Part shown: in pieces, positions 52,201-64,000 of the stretch | Numbering within the stretch: position 1 is the stretch's first letter | Layout: each line of letters opens with the position of its first letter | Assembly: GCA_000934665.2 (NCBI GenBank) | Contig: KZ538403.1 | Span: 1-64,000, forward strand | DNA: 64,000 nucleotides | Source of the DNA: Catajapyx aquilonaris | Taxonomy: Eukaryota | Reading direction: 5' to 3' | Program-made: the position numbers and the translations under genes | Notes under the pieces: generated by a model | What the model was told of the DNA's origin: nothing | Databases searched by the model: none | What the model saw: only the letters and a program-made list of their open reading frames with translations

Positions 52201-55200
52201 TATTCGACCCTACCAGTACCGTGAGAACAACACAGAAATTGCAAGTGCGCGGGTATCAGATTAGTTTTGCAAAGAGGGGACAGGAAAATATTTATGGGGC
52301 CTGGGAGGAAGAAGTTTATGGCAAAAAAAAAAATTGTGGAGACGTGCAAAAGTTTTGCGGAGCTCCAGCACTTTTTCGGACTTCTTGTCCCGGTTCCCAC
52401 GGACTCGACCACCATCCTCAATTGGCCTCCGGCACATTCCAAGCCGACTTTTTGAAGTTCGTCCTTGCAACATATTGCTCTAAATTTGGCGAAGTGCCAC
52501 TGGGAAGGGTTAGTCTTACGAGGGAGGGAGGCGAAGAATGGCCGAGTTGGCGAGGAATAAAGAGGAAGAGAAGGCGGTGCTTGGTGGTAAATCGCAGTGG
52601 TCGCCTTTTGTGTACGGAACTCATGAACTGCGTAGTTAGTAGATGGCGCCTCAGAGATGACGCCTTGCTCGGTTCATAGATGTCGCCTCGATGGTGGCGA
52701 CACCTGTTTGCGGAAATGGACTTTAAGGCTTCCCATAGAGGTAAATCAGTCTCATCCACACGGCTACGCCTGAGTGACGTGCACTCCGGAGGCAACTTGC
52801 TGCGAACCTTCACAGGAGACTAGCCGTAATGACATAACGTTTCTCCGGTTAGTGGTAGCTGCCTTCTTCAAAGGGGCCAACGGCAGAAGATCTTATTCTG
52901 TTTTAATTGGCTTGCAGATGGCAGCATTCCGCTCCCGATGAATGTTTTCACCTGTGCCTTGTCTCGCTGGCTATCCGAACAAAGATCCCACGTGGGACTT
53001 TGGCCAAATTCCCCTATTCATGGGGCTGAACTGGCACTTGGTGGAGGTAGGAAGACGAGAAGGAGAGGAGGTGGAGGATGGGGGGGACAAAAAGGACTAT
53101 TTTATTTTAGCTTAAGAAATAGCTGTGCCATTTTCGTCACTTCGGGTTGCCAAGAATGGGCCGAGGCCCAGGACTACAAACTACAACATTATTGAAATAT
53201 TCCTTTTACTAATGTTCCTTGTCTTGCGTTTTTCGTTGCTTAGCTCTCGACCCCCTTCTCTCTATTTTTTACTGTTCGAACAAACCCGCCTTCATGACCC
53301 GATTATTTATGATCATGAAGTTGTCATACACCAATTTTCCTCCCCAGTGTCGAGCTGAGATGGGTTAAGATTTTTCTGAATAATCACTTTAATTCTTACA
53401 CTTTCTTGCCGGACCGGTTTTCCAGGACATTATCTTCCCTTCAAGAATGTAAATGGGCAGGACTTTCCCTCAAATAGATGGGGATCTCACAATTTTTGTG
53501 TTGGTTTCCGAACTATTTTCCGGTTTTGGTTATTAAGCCCTTCCCCTCTCTATATTTTTTGTGTGTTATCTTATTACATGTGGGGGGTCGCTGACTATAC
53601 AAAGGATGTCCATTTCTCAGTCTTCTGAAGGCCATCCTTCCACTAAAATAGTGCAACATACATGCAATGGGCAGGCCGTTAGAGACGGAAGTGCAGAAGT
53701 TACCCAGTCGCCTTAGAATGGACCATAAAACAAAGAGCTCTACATGCAACAACAGGGGGGGGGGGGCAATATTACCTTTACCTACATTCCTGGACCAGTA
53801 AGGCAAGTAATTCATTAAGGGACGCAAGAGTTTATTAGCTGCGCAACAGATCTTTTAGCATAAAAGAGGTCGTAAATGTTGCCAAATTGCCGTCTCAGTG
53901 TGAATGAGCATATGAGAAGCAAAGTATAGCCAGAAATTGGTGGATGCCAGGTGGAAGTAGCATCAGAGATTGTTTTAGTGCTTTTTCCCAGGACTATTAT
54001 ATTAACTGGGGGGGATGAGCAAGATTTCTCATAATGAGAAACTCGAAACGAATCCCCTGGGGGTTGTATAATTACACATTTTATGAAATAGAGCGTGCTG
54101 TGAGCCGACCAACAATAGGGGACCTTCGCCCCCAAAAGCTTGCACTTACTTGGAGTACTTTTTTTATTTTCAAAAGCTCAATGACTCCTTTTCATATTAT
54201 TCATCATGGTCAGACCCCCTCTAGGCCGCCCCCGAAAAATATCGCACGGAAAAAGGTTAAACTGCATACTGTACATGGATAATAAAAAAAATAGAGTTTC
54301 TATGCTTTTACCTTTCCCGCCGCGAGTTACTCCTTCGGTCTTCTATTCATGTCATTTGTTTTCGGGTTTAGCTACTTTTGTGTTATTAATGAGAACTGAG
54401 GGGGGAAATGTTCATTAATCATGCACCAGAGAGGATTCGCAGCGCGGCTGGGCCTCATAAAAGACAAATCCACATATATACATACGCCCACATACAAGAA
54501 CACAGTCTCTTTTTTTAACAGCCCAACACGGGCCCCGCTTTATTATTATATGCTTAAAAAGTGCTCGAGCTCGGAATAAAACAGTGGGATCCGATTGTGT
54601 CACACTTTGATACCAAGCCAAATCAGCAGCCATGTCACCCTTCGTCTGGAATACACTTTATGCTGAATTCAGCATGAATTGCGATAAATGGTCAGTCGCA
54701 TAGTTGGCAGGGGCAACCAGTACAAATTCGGACGCAAATGACAAATGACAGTGATTAATTACAATTAAGCGTAAAATCTTGCGACACATAGTTGGGGTGT
54801 AGGTCCGGGGGTGAGAACCTGTATATCTGTACCATTTTTTTCAGGTCGGCTTCACATTCCGCATCCCAATGTTGCTGCCAAAGAGGGGACCCCAGACGTG
54901 ACCAGAAATGGTTGGCCTCACCTGCACCCGTTTGACATAATAATCGCCCTTGAACTAGGGTCCTGTCAAAATATTGTCCGAGTTATAGTCACGGGCTGCG
55001 GGGCCATTCATAGAAATTCTCAATAGCAACTAGTATTACAGACGTCTTACAACGTCAATACTTGTTCATGCCCAATTTATTATTTATTCCGAGCCTATCC
55101 ATGCTTGATACCGGGTGAACATGTGGGTGAGCACGATAATAAGTGCATAACCAAACGTATGTCGACACCAGTTTGCGCAAGCATATATTATTATGTACAG

Positions 55201-58200
55201 CGCACAATGTATCGAAAGACATACAGATTAAATTCTACTGATAACCGGGTTAGTAAAAAAAATTAACAGTTACATTTCCATATAAGCGTGCGGTACATGC
55301 CCGTGACCTGTATAGTAAGACATCACCTTGCCTGAGGGGCCGATACACATGGAGGAATCTTGTACATCGAGGCAATAAAACTGCTTACAACTGATGTACG
55401 GGCAAAGAAGCAGGAAAAGTAGCGGAATTCTTTCGGAAACGGCAAGTTGCCCACGCCCTCAATAACTTTGGAGTGAGAACCGAAATTCGGAACATTTTCC
55501 ATGCCAGCAATATCCGGTCACACGGATTAACATCAATTAATTTGTACAATTGATTATCCAAAATACAGACCTATCAACACCGCAATTATTTTAGGCTCCC
55601 AATTTATAGTGTTGAAAAATCTGGCCCCATACTGGACCCATAAATGTGTTGGTAAGCCAACATTCTTGCTAGCTCCATATATGCAGGCTGCACCACTTGG
55701 AGAACTGGAGTGCATCCCATCCGTCATTAAGGATATCCTGCTGTCGCCGTCACCTGTCTAGTTCCAAAACCCTCCCCTTTTCCTAGTCCCTTGCAACCCC
55801 CGACGGCTTGTCACATGGAAGATGTCGCTAAAATTTTATGGTTCGAACCGCATGACAACTGAGGTTCGTTCGAGGTCCAACACCAGCAGGAGGGAGGATT
55901 CACTTTGGAAATGCCTCTGTCGCATTATATTGCTAATTATGGGATGGGATTAACATACAGATGAAGACTTGGCTTGCGAAATGATAACAGTCGCATTGAA
56001 TATATTTTTGGACGTTAAATGTTTGAATTGAATATTATTTGTGGTTATATTGCACAATGACTGAATTATTGGGTTGTGAATTATTTTTAAGGATTTCTAA
56101 TAAATATTTTTATATTGTAAAATGGACATGTTATACCATTTCTAAATGTGATTTCAAATGACCAGTTGCGCAAGTCAAAGGTCGCCGATCGGAAAAGCAT
56201 CTAGATTCCATAACTCAAAAGGGGTCGACGTGCCCAGCAACGTGCGGGAATGACCACGATGACTCTATTTTTTTCTTCTTCTTATAATCCGTGCGTTAAC
56301 CTACTGATAACGACTCCGTTTTAAAACTTTGTAAATAATTCTACTGTGAAGAGGGTGTCCCAAAAGTACGCCCCGTCTGTAAAAGTTCGACAGGCGGATC
56401 CCCCCTTCTTCTTCTTTACACCTCAAGCTTTAGGGCACGGTCTGGAACGAATGTTTTACGCAAGGCTGATAATTACAGTAGGGAGGGGTTAGGAAATGTG
56501 ACATACTCGCCACTTTTTTCTCAAGTAAAAAAAAAATCGTGGGAAAAAACCCGACCTGCAGATGGAACTCGACTCATTCCTTCACACTACCATAAGTGTA
56601 ATGTTTCCTCCACAGTCACATCCTCCACACCCAGCAACATCGGGGTGTAAAAAAATAGAAGGAAAAATTCCGCAATTGTCCTCTTGTCACACGAGCCCAT
56701 ATTTCAAACCGGCTCCATCGTCTGCCACTTACACGTTTCGTTCCTGAAGAAAAATATGGAAGGATGAAGGGCCCTTTCGAAAGATGGCGGGTTGTACCGG
56801 CAGGATCGTTATCGTGTTGCAGTTCTGGAGGAGTTGATGAAGTACCCGGTGTGTCCTATGTGAAAGCAGCAACGATGCTTCCTGCTGAGGTTCCCCACGA
56901 TCTTAGTCACGGTTACCCGGCACCTTTACCACATTCTCAATCACAGTCTGACTTACAATTGCACTAATTAATCGGGCATCTCACCGTCAAGTGTCTTCCA
57001 CTAACTGTTGTCATTACGTAACTCACACGGCCTTTTGAATATCAGCTGGGTTTTCTTTTGCTATTTTGTTCCTCAGAGGTTATCGCAAAGGGATGCTCGA
57101 GTTGCATCCGAAGGTCTTGAAAAATGTATGAAAGTGTTACAAATACTGGGTTTAGATGCCTGGCAGTAGTGACCCTTTCTTATCAAGGGGGCTTGATTAA
57201 AATGTTTCATTCTGGAGCTATAGCCCCCCAGGGCATGTCAACACATTTTGTCTATAAACGCGCCTTATTTATTTTTCTAAAAAAGTGACGATTAATCCGC
57301 AGGGTTATAGGAGGGGTGCATATATGTCAGGTAAAAAGTCCATCAGTAGTCCTTGAAGACTGACCGAAATGTTACGGGAGCGGACACGTGTGCTTATTTG
57401 GAAACCCCCTGTGGTTTTTTCCACCTGTGATTTGGGAAGGTCTAGTGGAGGAATCAAGGGGGGGTCATCACGAGGGCGGGGAAGGCCAATGTCATGGTGG
57501 TCGACCAGAGGCACATGAGATGACATTTGAATAGGAAGGAGCGGGGGCGTATGTGGCCAAAGGGATATATTCTTACCTTTTCGAGAAGTGACCCAGGTTT
57601 TTCTCAGGTCACCAGTCTCTCACGCCTGGGAAGCCTCCTGGAAGAAATGAGAAAATCGCATTCAATCACAATGCAACTGACCATTATCAGCAAATGCAGC
57701 TATAAAAACTATGCGCCCGAGCAATCTAACACCCAAGCCGCAATCACAACACCCCAAAGGTGAGGGTAAAAAATATGAATGAAAAAACATCACATCCTTC
57801 CAGGCATGTTTGGTTGCAAGGGAAAAAAGAGACGCCATGAAATGTGTGGGAGGCGAAAAATCATCCCACGAATTACGTTTCATTCTCTACAATAAAAGAA
57901 ACAGCATGGGGGCGGAACCCTGTAGGTTGCGTGCTAATGACCACCTCTGATGAGTATCTTTTTCACTGAAATTTACAAGCGTGTGTGTACTTTTTATACT
58001 CTCCCCACCCCTTCCTCCCCGTTAGAAGCCATTCCATTTCCCTTCCGATCCAATCCGGACTCGTGGCCAACCGAGAATGAAATGCTATGGGTCCGAATGG
58101 GTGATCTATCTATCTTCGAAAGTAATCGGGACCTCCCCCTGATGCTAATTATTGCAGAGAGACCCCTCCCCCATACCATGCCAAAAAAATTAAATTAGAA

Positions 58201-61200
58201 AAAAAACAATCATGCAAAGTAGGGGGTCCTCGACTCATTTGCAACAATGGCCAGGACGTCATGGTACACCGAGTTTCTTAAGGTATCCTGTGCGATATCG
58301 CAAATTGTGACCTGAATTTCATATTACTTTAATCACAAGAAATTTCAAAGTCCAGGCCATCGAATCCAGATTTATCCCAATTCGGTTCTATCTAATCGTT
58401 CATATGCCTGATTTTTACTGCGAATATTTTGATCCTTGACCGTCGCGGTCATTTCACTCAAACCCTATACATTTTTTTTATTTGTATATAAATCCCACCC
58501 CTCATATCCCGAATTTACGACTACTAAGTAACAATAGGCGATAAGTCTCTCCCTCACACTTCCTCGCTCTGTTAACATCTCCTCGCTTCAGCTTTCACCC
58601 TATTTCAATTAACCACGGAGCACATCAAAAGGTGAGATAATTTCCGCAATAAATTACACACTGTGTATCTTCTCCAGACCGGAGATTTTACCAGACCTCC
58701 CCGAGTTTTTTATGTTGTTGTTTGCACTTGCTGGTACGAATGCCTGCTATTCGTCAGACTTCAGGAGGCTGTGGCGCTTGTTTTACATCTGATACACTCC
58801 TTTAGAAGAGAAAAAAAAAATTCAAAGGGGCGGATACTTCCTGTCTCCCTGTGGGTGTTCTACTGTTCCATCACCATTCCCTGCACTTCCTTTCACTCAA
58901 GGTAATTTTGCAAATTGTGCCTCCTGCGCCTTATTTCTTTTCCTGGATGTGTCTCCACCCTGTTTTTACCAAGGAAAAAAAAACCGGTCCTGAAATAACA
59001 CTGGTAGGATAGTAAGGGCGAATGAAAAATCATCCAAACCACTCGATATTTCCATTATCTGCTATGAACAGATGTTTGTGGCAGGTTTGAGGACTATCGT
59101 GCTGGCGAGGCCAACACTTGTAATCATACCGAACAAGGAAACATCCACATCACCTAGATTCGAAAGCTTAACTTCGAGGCATAATTGGGGGATCTGCCAT
59201 GCACTTCCTTCTTTCCCACCTTCTCTTGAAGCCATATTATGCAAGAGAAGGAAAAGAAGACCGGGGACGTAAAGAAGTTTTTGAGAAGAGTGGCCTCACT
59301 TAAATTGAGCCTAATCGTTTGTATGCTCTTCTTGTGTAAAAGGATGAGGAAAGGGCAGGAGGGTTTTTTATGTGAATCACGTTTCACGGTCCTGTGATGT
59401 GCAGCGTGATAGTTTAGTCTGTCGCTGAAGCGTTTACCGGTTGGCAAAAATACACTGGCCTTTACCTATTTGTTTTGAGCGGGTTTGCGCAACAATGGAC
59501 TTCAGTGTCTCATCGTGACTGATTACATGAGTTGTTTTCTTATCAAGAAAATAATAATAATAGTGTGTTATATTATCATTAAGAAGGACATCAATAATTA
59601 TTGCAACGAGTTAATAAATTCCAATTAGCAATGGGGTCATGCAGGGTCATCTGGTCAGCTGACCCGTCAATTCTGGCCAAAATCGACAGGGTCGTGTGAC
59701 TGACTAGAGTCGAAGGGATTTTAAAAAGCAAACAGAGTTCCCCCGTTCAGGCATATACGTGCTGTTGTGAAGGGTTGGGATTTCACGAGCACGCCCGTGA
59801 TGAAAATCCAAGCAATGCGAATTATCGGATTATTCTAATTATTCGGTGCGTCATGTTGCACGCATCTCAGGGATTAAAGTTCATCTAAGTTGCTTCATTA
59901 ACAGACTAAACAGGACGAGACGCTAATGGCATTATGCAAACATAATTTACCACTCCCCCGTATATAGTATGTGTGTACATATATACAAACTAGGGGAGGT
60001 TTTTTTTAGAGCGCGAAAATTTTCATGCATCGCGTCACATAAATTTGTCCACTCTCCCACTGGCCATCACTTTTATTTAAAATGCTAAAACGCCCTAGCG
60101 AGGACAATTTGTTGGTGAGGTAACTGGAGAGGAGTGTCGCTTTGATTGGGCGAGGTCTAGCTTTAAGTCTTCCCACGGAAAAACCTGTAATCCTTCGAAT
60201 TATAGGGCCCCCAAAGGGGGAGTTTGAAGTGATGTGATGGGGCGAGCAAGTAAGAAGAAGAAAAAAAAAGTTGCTCTATTTGCCAAATGTTTTCTCAAGG
60301 ATTCGCATTCTCACAGGAGAAAAAGCAACGGGAGTCCATGAAAATTCCGATCATCCTCACCTTTCCGGGTATGCTTAATCAAGCAGGTCACGCGTATTCT
60401 GCACACAAAAAATTCCCTAATTAATTAGCGACCAATCTGTCAATCCGATCTTGGTTCTAAAAAGAAGTTTAGGAGACCACACAAAGTGGCATCTACATCA
60501 GCCAAAAGATGTTGTCAGACCGTCATTATCGGAGGTCCCCAACTGCTGCTTCCTGAATCTCTTATCCCCCTCAAGGCTCCTCCCCTTCTGCTTTAGGGAG
60601 AGGATAAGCATGATTTTTCCAGGTCTCTAGGAGTCTGACACTATCCGGAGGCCCCAACTGGCACGCTCTCTTCCCTTCTCACTTGCATAACTGGTTGAGC
60701 ACTTAGTTTATTTTCCTCCCCGAAAATCCGCTCCTAAAGTGGGCTTTGTCGCCTGAGAAAATTCACTCACCGCGCCGACTCCGAGGAAACATGCGGTCTG
60801 ATACCCGGTTCCCAGGACAGCACGTGTAGAAAGCAGGGATTGCCTAAAAAGGGAAGGACTTAAAGGGACGACCACCAAGACGTATATCACGCAACTGCTA
60901 ACCTTTTCCTAAATGTACACAGATTTTCACCGTTACTAAAAGGTGAGGCGTAAAAAGGTGCTGATATTGTCGCAACACTTTTAAATTCCCCTGAAATCAT
61001 TTTTAGCTACCGCGACCGTTTTTTTCACTATCAAATCACCATATTAGATCATAATTACATTGTGAAAATGATACTTGCGTTTCCGTTTCGCGGTAAAAAA
61101 AAATTTCGCGAGCTTTCTCCCACCAGTCAACACCGCTCATTTTCAATTTATCGTCCCCTAGATTACTTCATTCCGGCAAATAAGCCGCCCGGTTCCTTTT

Positions 61201-61386
61201 GCGTGGAAAACCGCGGGTGAAGAGAAGCAGACAATTAGCGAGAGAATTCCTCAGCTCCACGCTTGAATAAGAGACAAACCCTCATCGCGCTTCATTTGCG
61301 TGACTCCTCTTCAAAAAAAGAAGAAAAAAAAAGCGTGCATTCGCCAACTGTCGCGAAGGCCCATTTCGCAAACGAACAAAACTTAC

Positions 61387-61695
61387 ACATTTTTTAAGCC
61401 TTAAAAAACTTGCCTGCTTTTCATGTTCCACACATTTCCGCTCGCATGTTCAGCCCAATTTCACATTCTTTTTTTGTCCTTCGATTTTAACCTCTCGAGG
61501 AAGACACACTTGTGGATATGATGATGGTAATCGACTCGATCTGCTTTTTTTTTTTTTTTTTTTTTTGCAATGCTGGCGCGGCATTTTTTGGAATAAAAAG
61601 TCGCGTGGCAAACGACACGCCATTGCAATTCGGGAAACAATTTTGGAAACACCGTACCCGTCATTAGAATAAACGCGAACTAGGTCTGTTACACT
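61387..61695 (-). other. Candidate non-coding first exon (5'UTR), containing an A22 tract
   Basis: Runs from the putative TSS to a GTAAGT donor at 61386. If spliced to the 46284 acceptor (15.1-kb intron), the frame continuous with exon A has a stop and no ATG after it, consistent with a UTR exon. Confidence 0.35.
61545..61566 (+). repeat. T22 homopolymer
   Basis: 22 consecutive T. Confidence 0.95.
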
Positions 61696-61730
61696 GCAGA
61701 AAACTGTTGGCAGCTCTTTTTTTTATATAC
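61690..61730 (-). promoter_or_regulatory. Candidate core promoter: TATATAAA (61729-61722) with Inr-like GCAGTG (A at 61695) about 30-34 nt downstream
   Basis: Minus strand reads gTATATAAAAAAAAgagctgccaacagttttctGCAGTGtaac. The spacing fits arthropod TATA-Inr promoters and the orientation points toward exon A. The Inr is an imperfect match to TCAKTY. Confidence 0.4.
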
Positions 61731-64000
61731 ATACAGGCCAGGGACCCAACATTTTGCAATTATGTTCATTAAACTTTATGCCGACCCAACACTATTATAG
61801 AGAGTGATCAAAAATGGAGGGGGCCGATTAATTTAGGGCCAGACTGGATATTACTGCAAATGAATCCCCGTTACCGACCTGGAAAAACATCAATATTCTC
61901 AATCTCCGCCTATACCTCAAATTTAATGCTGTCCACTGGCTATTCCACCCGCATTTGCGGGGTGATTTATCAAGCTTTCATTCAGCGTTTTAAAAAATCA
62001 CTTCATTATTTTTAGCCCATAAGCGGGACACCCACTGCGTTTTAATTTCCTGTTTGCGAAAATCACATGAATACGGAAGCGATCTGCGCAGTAGGAGAGG
62101 CTGTTTGAAGCGGCTGACCTCACTTTCATGCTGTCACCCTTCCGCTGACCAGTCCCCCCCCCCCCGAAAAAAATAGACCAGACACTGAAATAGTGCTAGA
62201 CATAATTATTTTGCTCCATCCTGCTCCGATAAGTCAGTAATTGGCATGTTGTCTGCTCCAGCAACTTGTTTTCATAGCAGGAGAGGTTATTAACACTTGA
62301 ATCATGTTTATCTATCTGGTTGGGAAAAAAATAAGACTGTAAATCGCGGATCAGCTGCTGAAAAATATTTGCAATCATGTACAGGTCATATGCCATATTG
62401 TCACAGGTGACGTCAACAAAGTGCCGCATTTCCTCTCATAAATGCGACATTCCGATTGGAAATTTGCACTAATTCCTACTCATTAACGCGCAATAATAAT
62501 TATCAAGCGCATCGCAAAAAACTCGGATTGTTACCAAAAAAAACAAAATGATTTTGTCATGACGGACTAAAGGGCGGAGTGGCCATCCTAACCACAGGAA
62601 GATGGCGATTTCATAGCAACGACCATAGTAATCTGGGGTTGGTGGCCACACCGGAAGGGCAGGTGATTACATTTGGCGAGCAGTTAACCCCCTAACGAAT
62701 CCCTCATTTGGGGCTGACCGCAAAATGCCTGGGCAGGGCCAACATTTTCTCCTGGGGGTCTGGATCCCAAAATCCAAACTGACCTCCGAAAACTATACTC
62801 TGCAAAAAAAAAAAAAATAGTAAGAAACCAGGTAAGCCGAAATGATATATTTAAAAAAATTCTTCAGGCGGATCCAACTGGAAACTGATGTCATAGAGTT
62901 TGTAAAAAAAAATTAATTTAGATCCGCGTTCCGCCATGTTGTTCAAAAAATTAGTGTAAAACACGAGAAGGTGTCGGTTCTCACCTAGTTTTTGATAGCA
63001 GACGGCGCCAAACCTGACATGCTAAATGCTACAAAATAAGGTTCCGCCAGCTTTTTCCCCAAAAAAATTTGTACAAAATTCTTCAAAATGCATTAACAGA
63101 TTACCACCAATTTGACTGCTTCGTTTCACCTTGCTGGTTTCTACGGACGTGCCTCAAGTTTTATCCTCCTCTGATTCCTGGAAAGGTGGTAATGGCATTT
63201 TGTGAAGTCAAGAAAATGAGTTCACACCTTAAGAGCGTTCAAAATCCGGCTTATCACGGTTCGATTAACCGCCAATAACTTACGGGTGAAAAAAATATTC
63301 GGTCTTTCCCTCCTAGATCATGACACGACTTCCCGTTCTAATTATCCTCGCACAATAGATCCCACTTCCAGCACCGTTTGTGCATGATGTTCGTATTAGA
63401 AGCGAGCATTGCAAAATCAGGCTCCGATTGTTTTCTAATTCGGAGTTCAATGAATCAGGTAATGGCCACGTGGCCACGTACGAGTAGTTCCGCATTTTTT
63501 TAAAAAAAATGATGACACTTTAAAGTGAGGTGTCACCTACACAATTTTACTAAAAGGAAAGCTGGTGGGATTCTCCAGGTATAAACGTCACTGCGATATT
63601 TACCATGCTGACGAATTTTTATAAACCGGTCTTTTTTAATAGTAAAGAAAAAGCGGCAGTTTTGCCGAATTGCACTGTGTAAAATGTAAGATTCCACATG
63701 AACCTATTAAACACACTACTTCCTCCAGAAACAACTTGGCAAGAGTGTTAAGCAAAGTGAAAGGCTATTAAGCAGATAATTCGCTCGTGCGGTTCCACAA
63801 AAAAAAAAGAGAAGCAGGTAAGGTACAGGGGCTCCGCACCCAGTAATAACACGGATAGTTGGCCTTGCGAACGATAGCATAAGTTGTAAAAATACATCCA
63901 GGAATGCTCCCTGGGTTGCCTACCAGCAAGGATAAAACACTTTTTCATTGTGCGCAATACTTATTTTTTTCAAGTCAAAACCTGCAGAAAACGGGTCCGG

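Noticed and set aside
52152..52813. Overlapping 175-aa (+) and 131-aa (-) ORFs in a GC-rich patch, the latter with SSLRRHL
   Set aside because: No complete C2H2 spacing or recognisable domain, and homopolymer runs occur inside the region. A decayed gene or TE fragment is possible but unsupported without BLASTX.
18612..56366. Scattered Tc1/mariner-like terminal words (GGGTGTCCCAAAA near 18616 and 56353; TACAGGGTG at 49731)
   Set aside because: No matching partner TIR at a plausible distance and no transposase ORF.
1186..60180. Su(H)-like YGTGRGAA sites scattered through the window
   Set aside because: The number seen is near chance expectation, and I found no paired or clustered arrangement.

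Overview
Eukaryotic, invertebrate-style genomic DNA (AT-rich, many homopolymer runs, one 52-N gap). It is almost entirely intron plus a short upstream flank of one large minus-strand gene. Three coding exons can be joined with GT-AG sites and consistent phases: 46230-46101, 42689-41898 and 10839-10382. Together they give about 460 aa of an acidic and Pro/Ser/Gln/His-rich N-terminus with a basic NLS-like patch, CtBP-type PxDLS motifs and a conserved helix (MKEYAESTMKELLSMYGL...FASGKILE). The best call is an arthropod-type castor/CASZ1 zinc-finger transcription factor, based on recalled motif similarity; SOBP is the alternative. No zinc fingers are visible, so they would lie beyond the left edge. 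A TATA/Inr pair near 61.7 kb and a donor at 61386 suggest a non-coding first exon. The other ~250 short ORFs look like noise or antisense shadows. The non-coding DNA has several structured features: a 25-bp inverted repeat inside a dense CRE/CCAAT/RFX/YY1/CTCF module just after exon C, a similar module near 62.5 kb, locus-wide AAGATGGC (YY1/Pho) excess, a four-site CTCF-like cluster, a nuclear-receptor half-site cluster, a diverged ~240-bp tandem duplication, and arrays of short palindromes resembling foldback-element remnants. I see no prokaryotic genes, CRISPR array, structural RNA gene or intact transposase, and no clear new multi-gene system.
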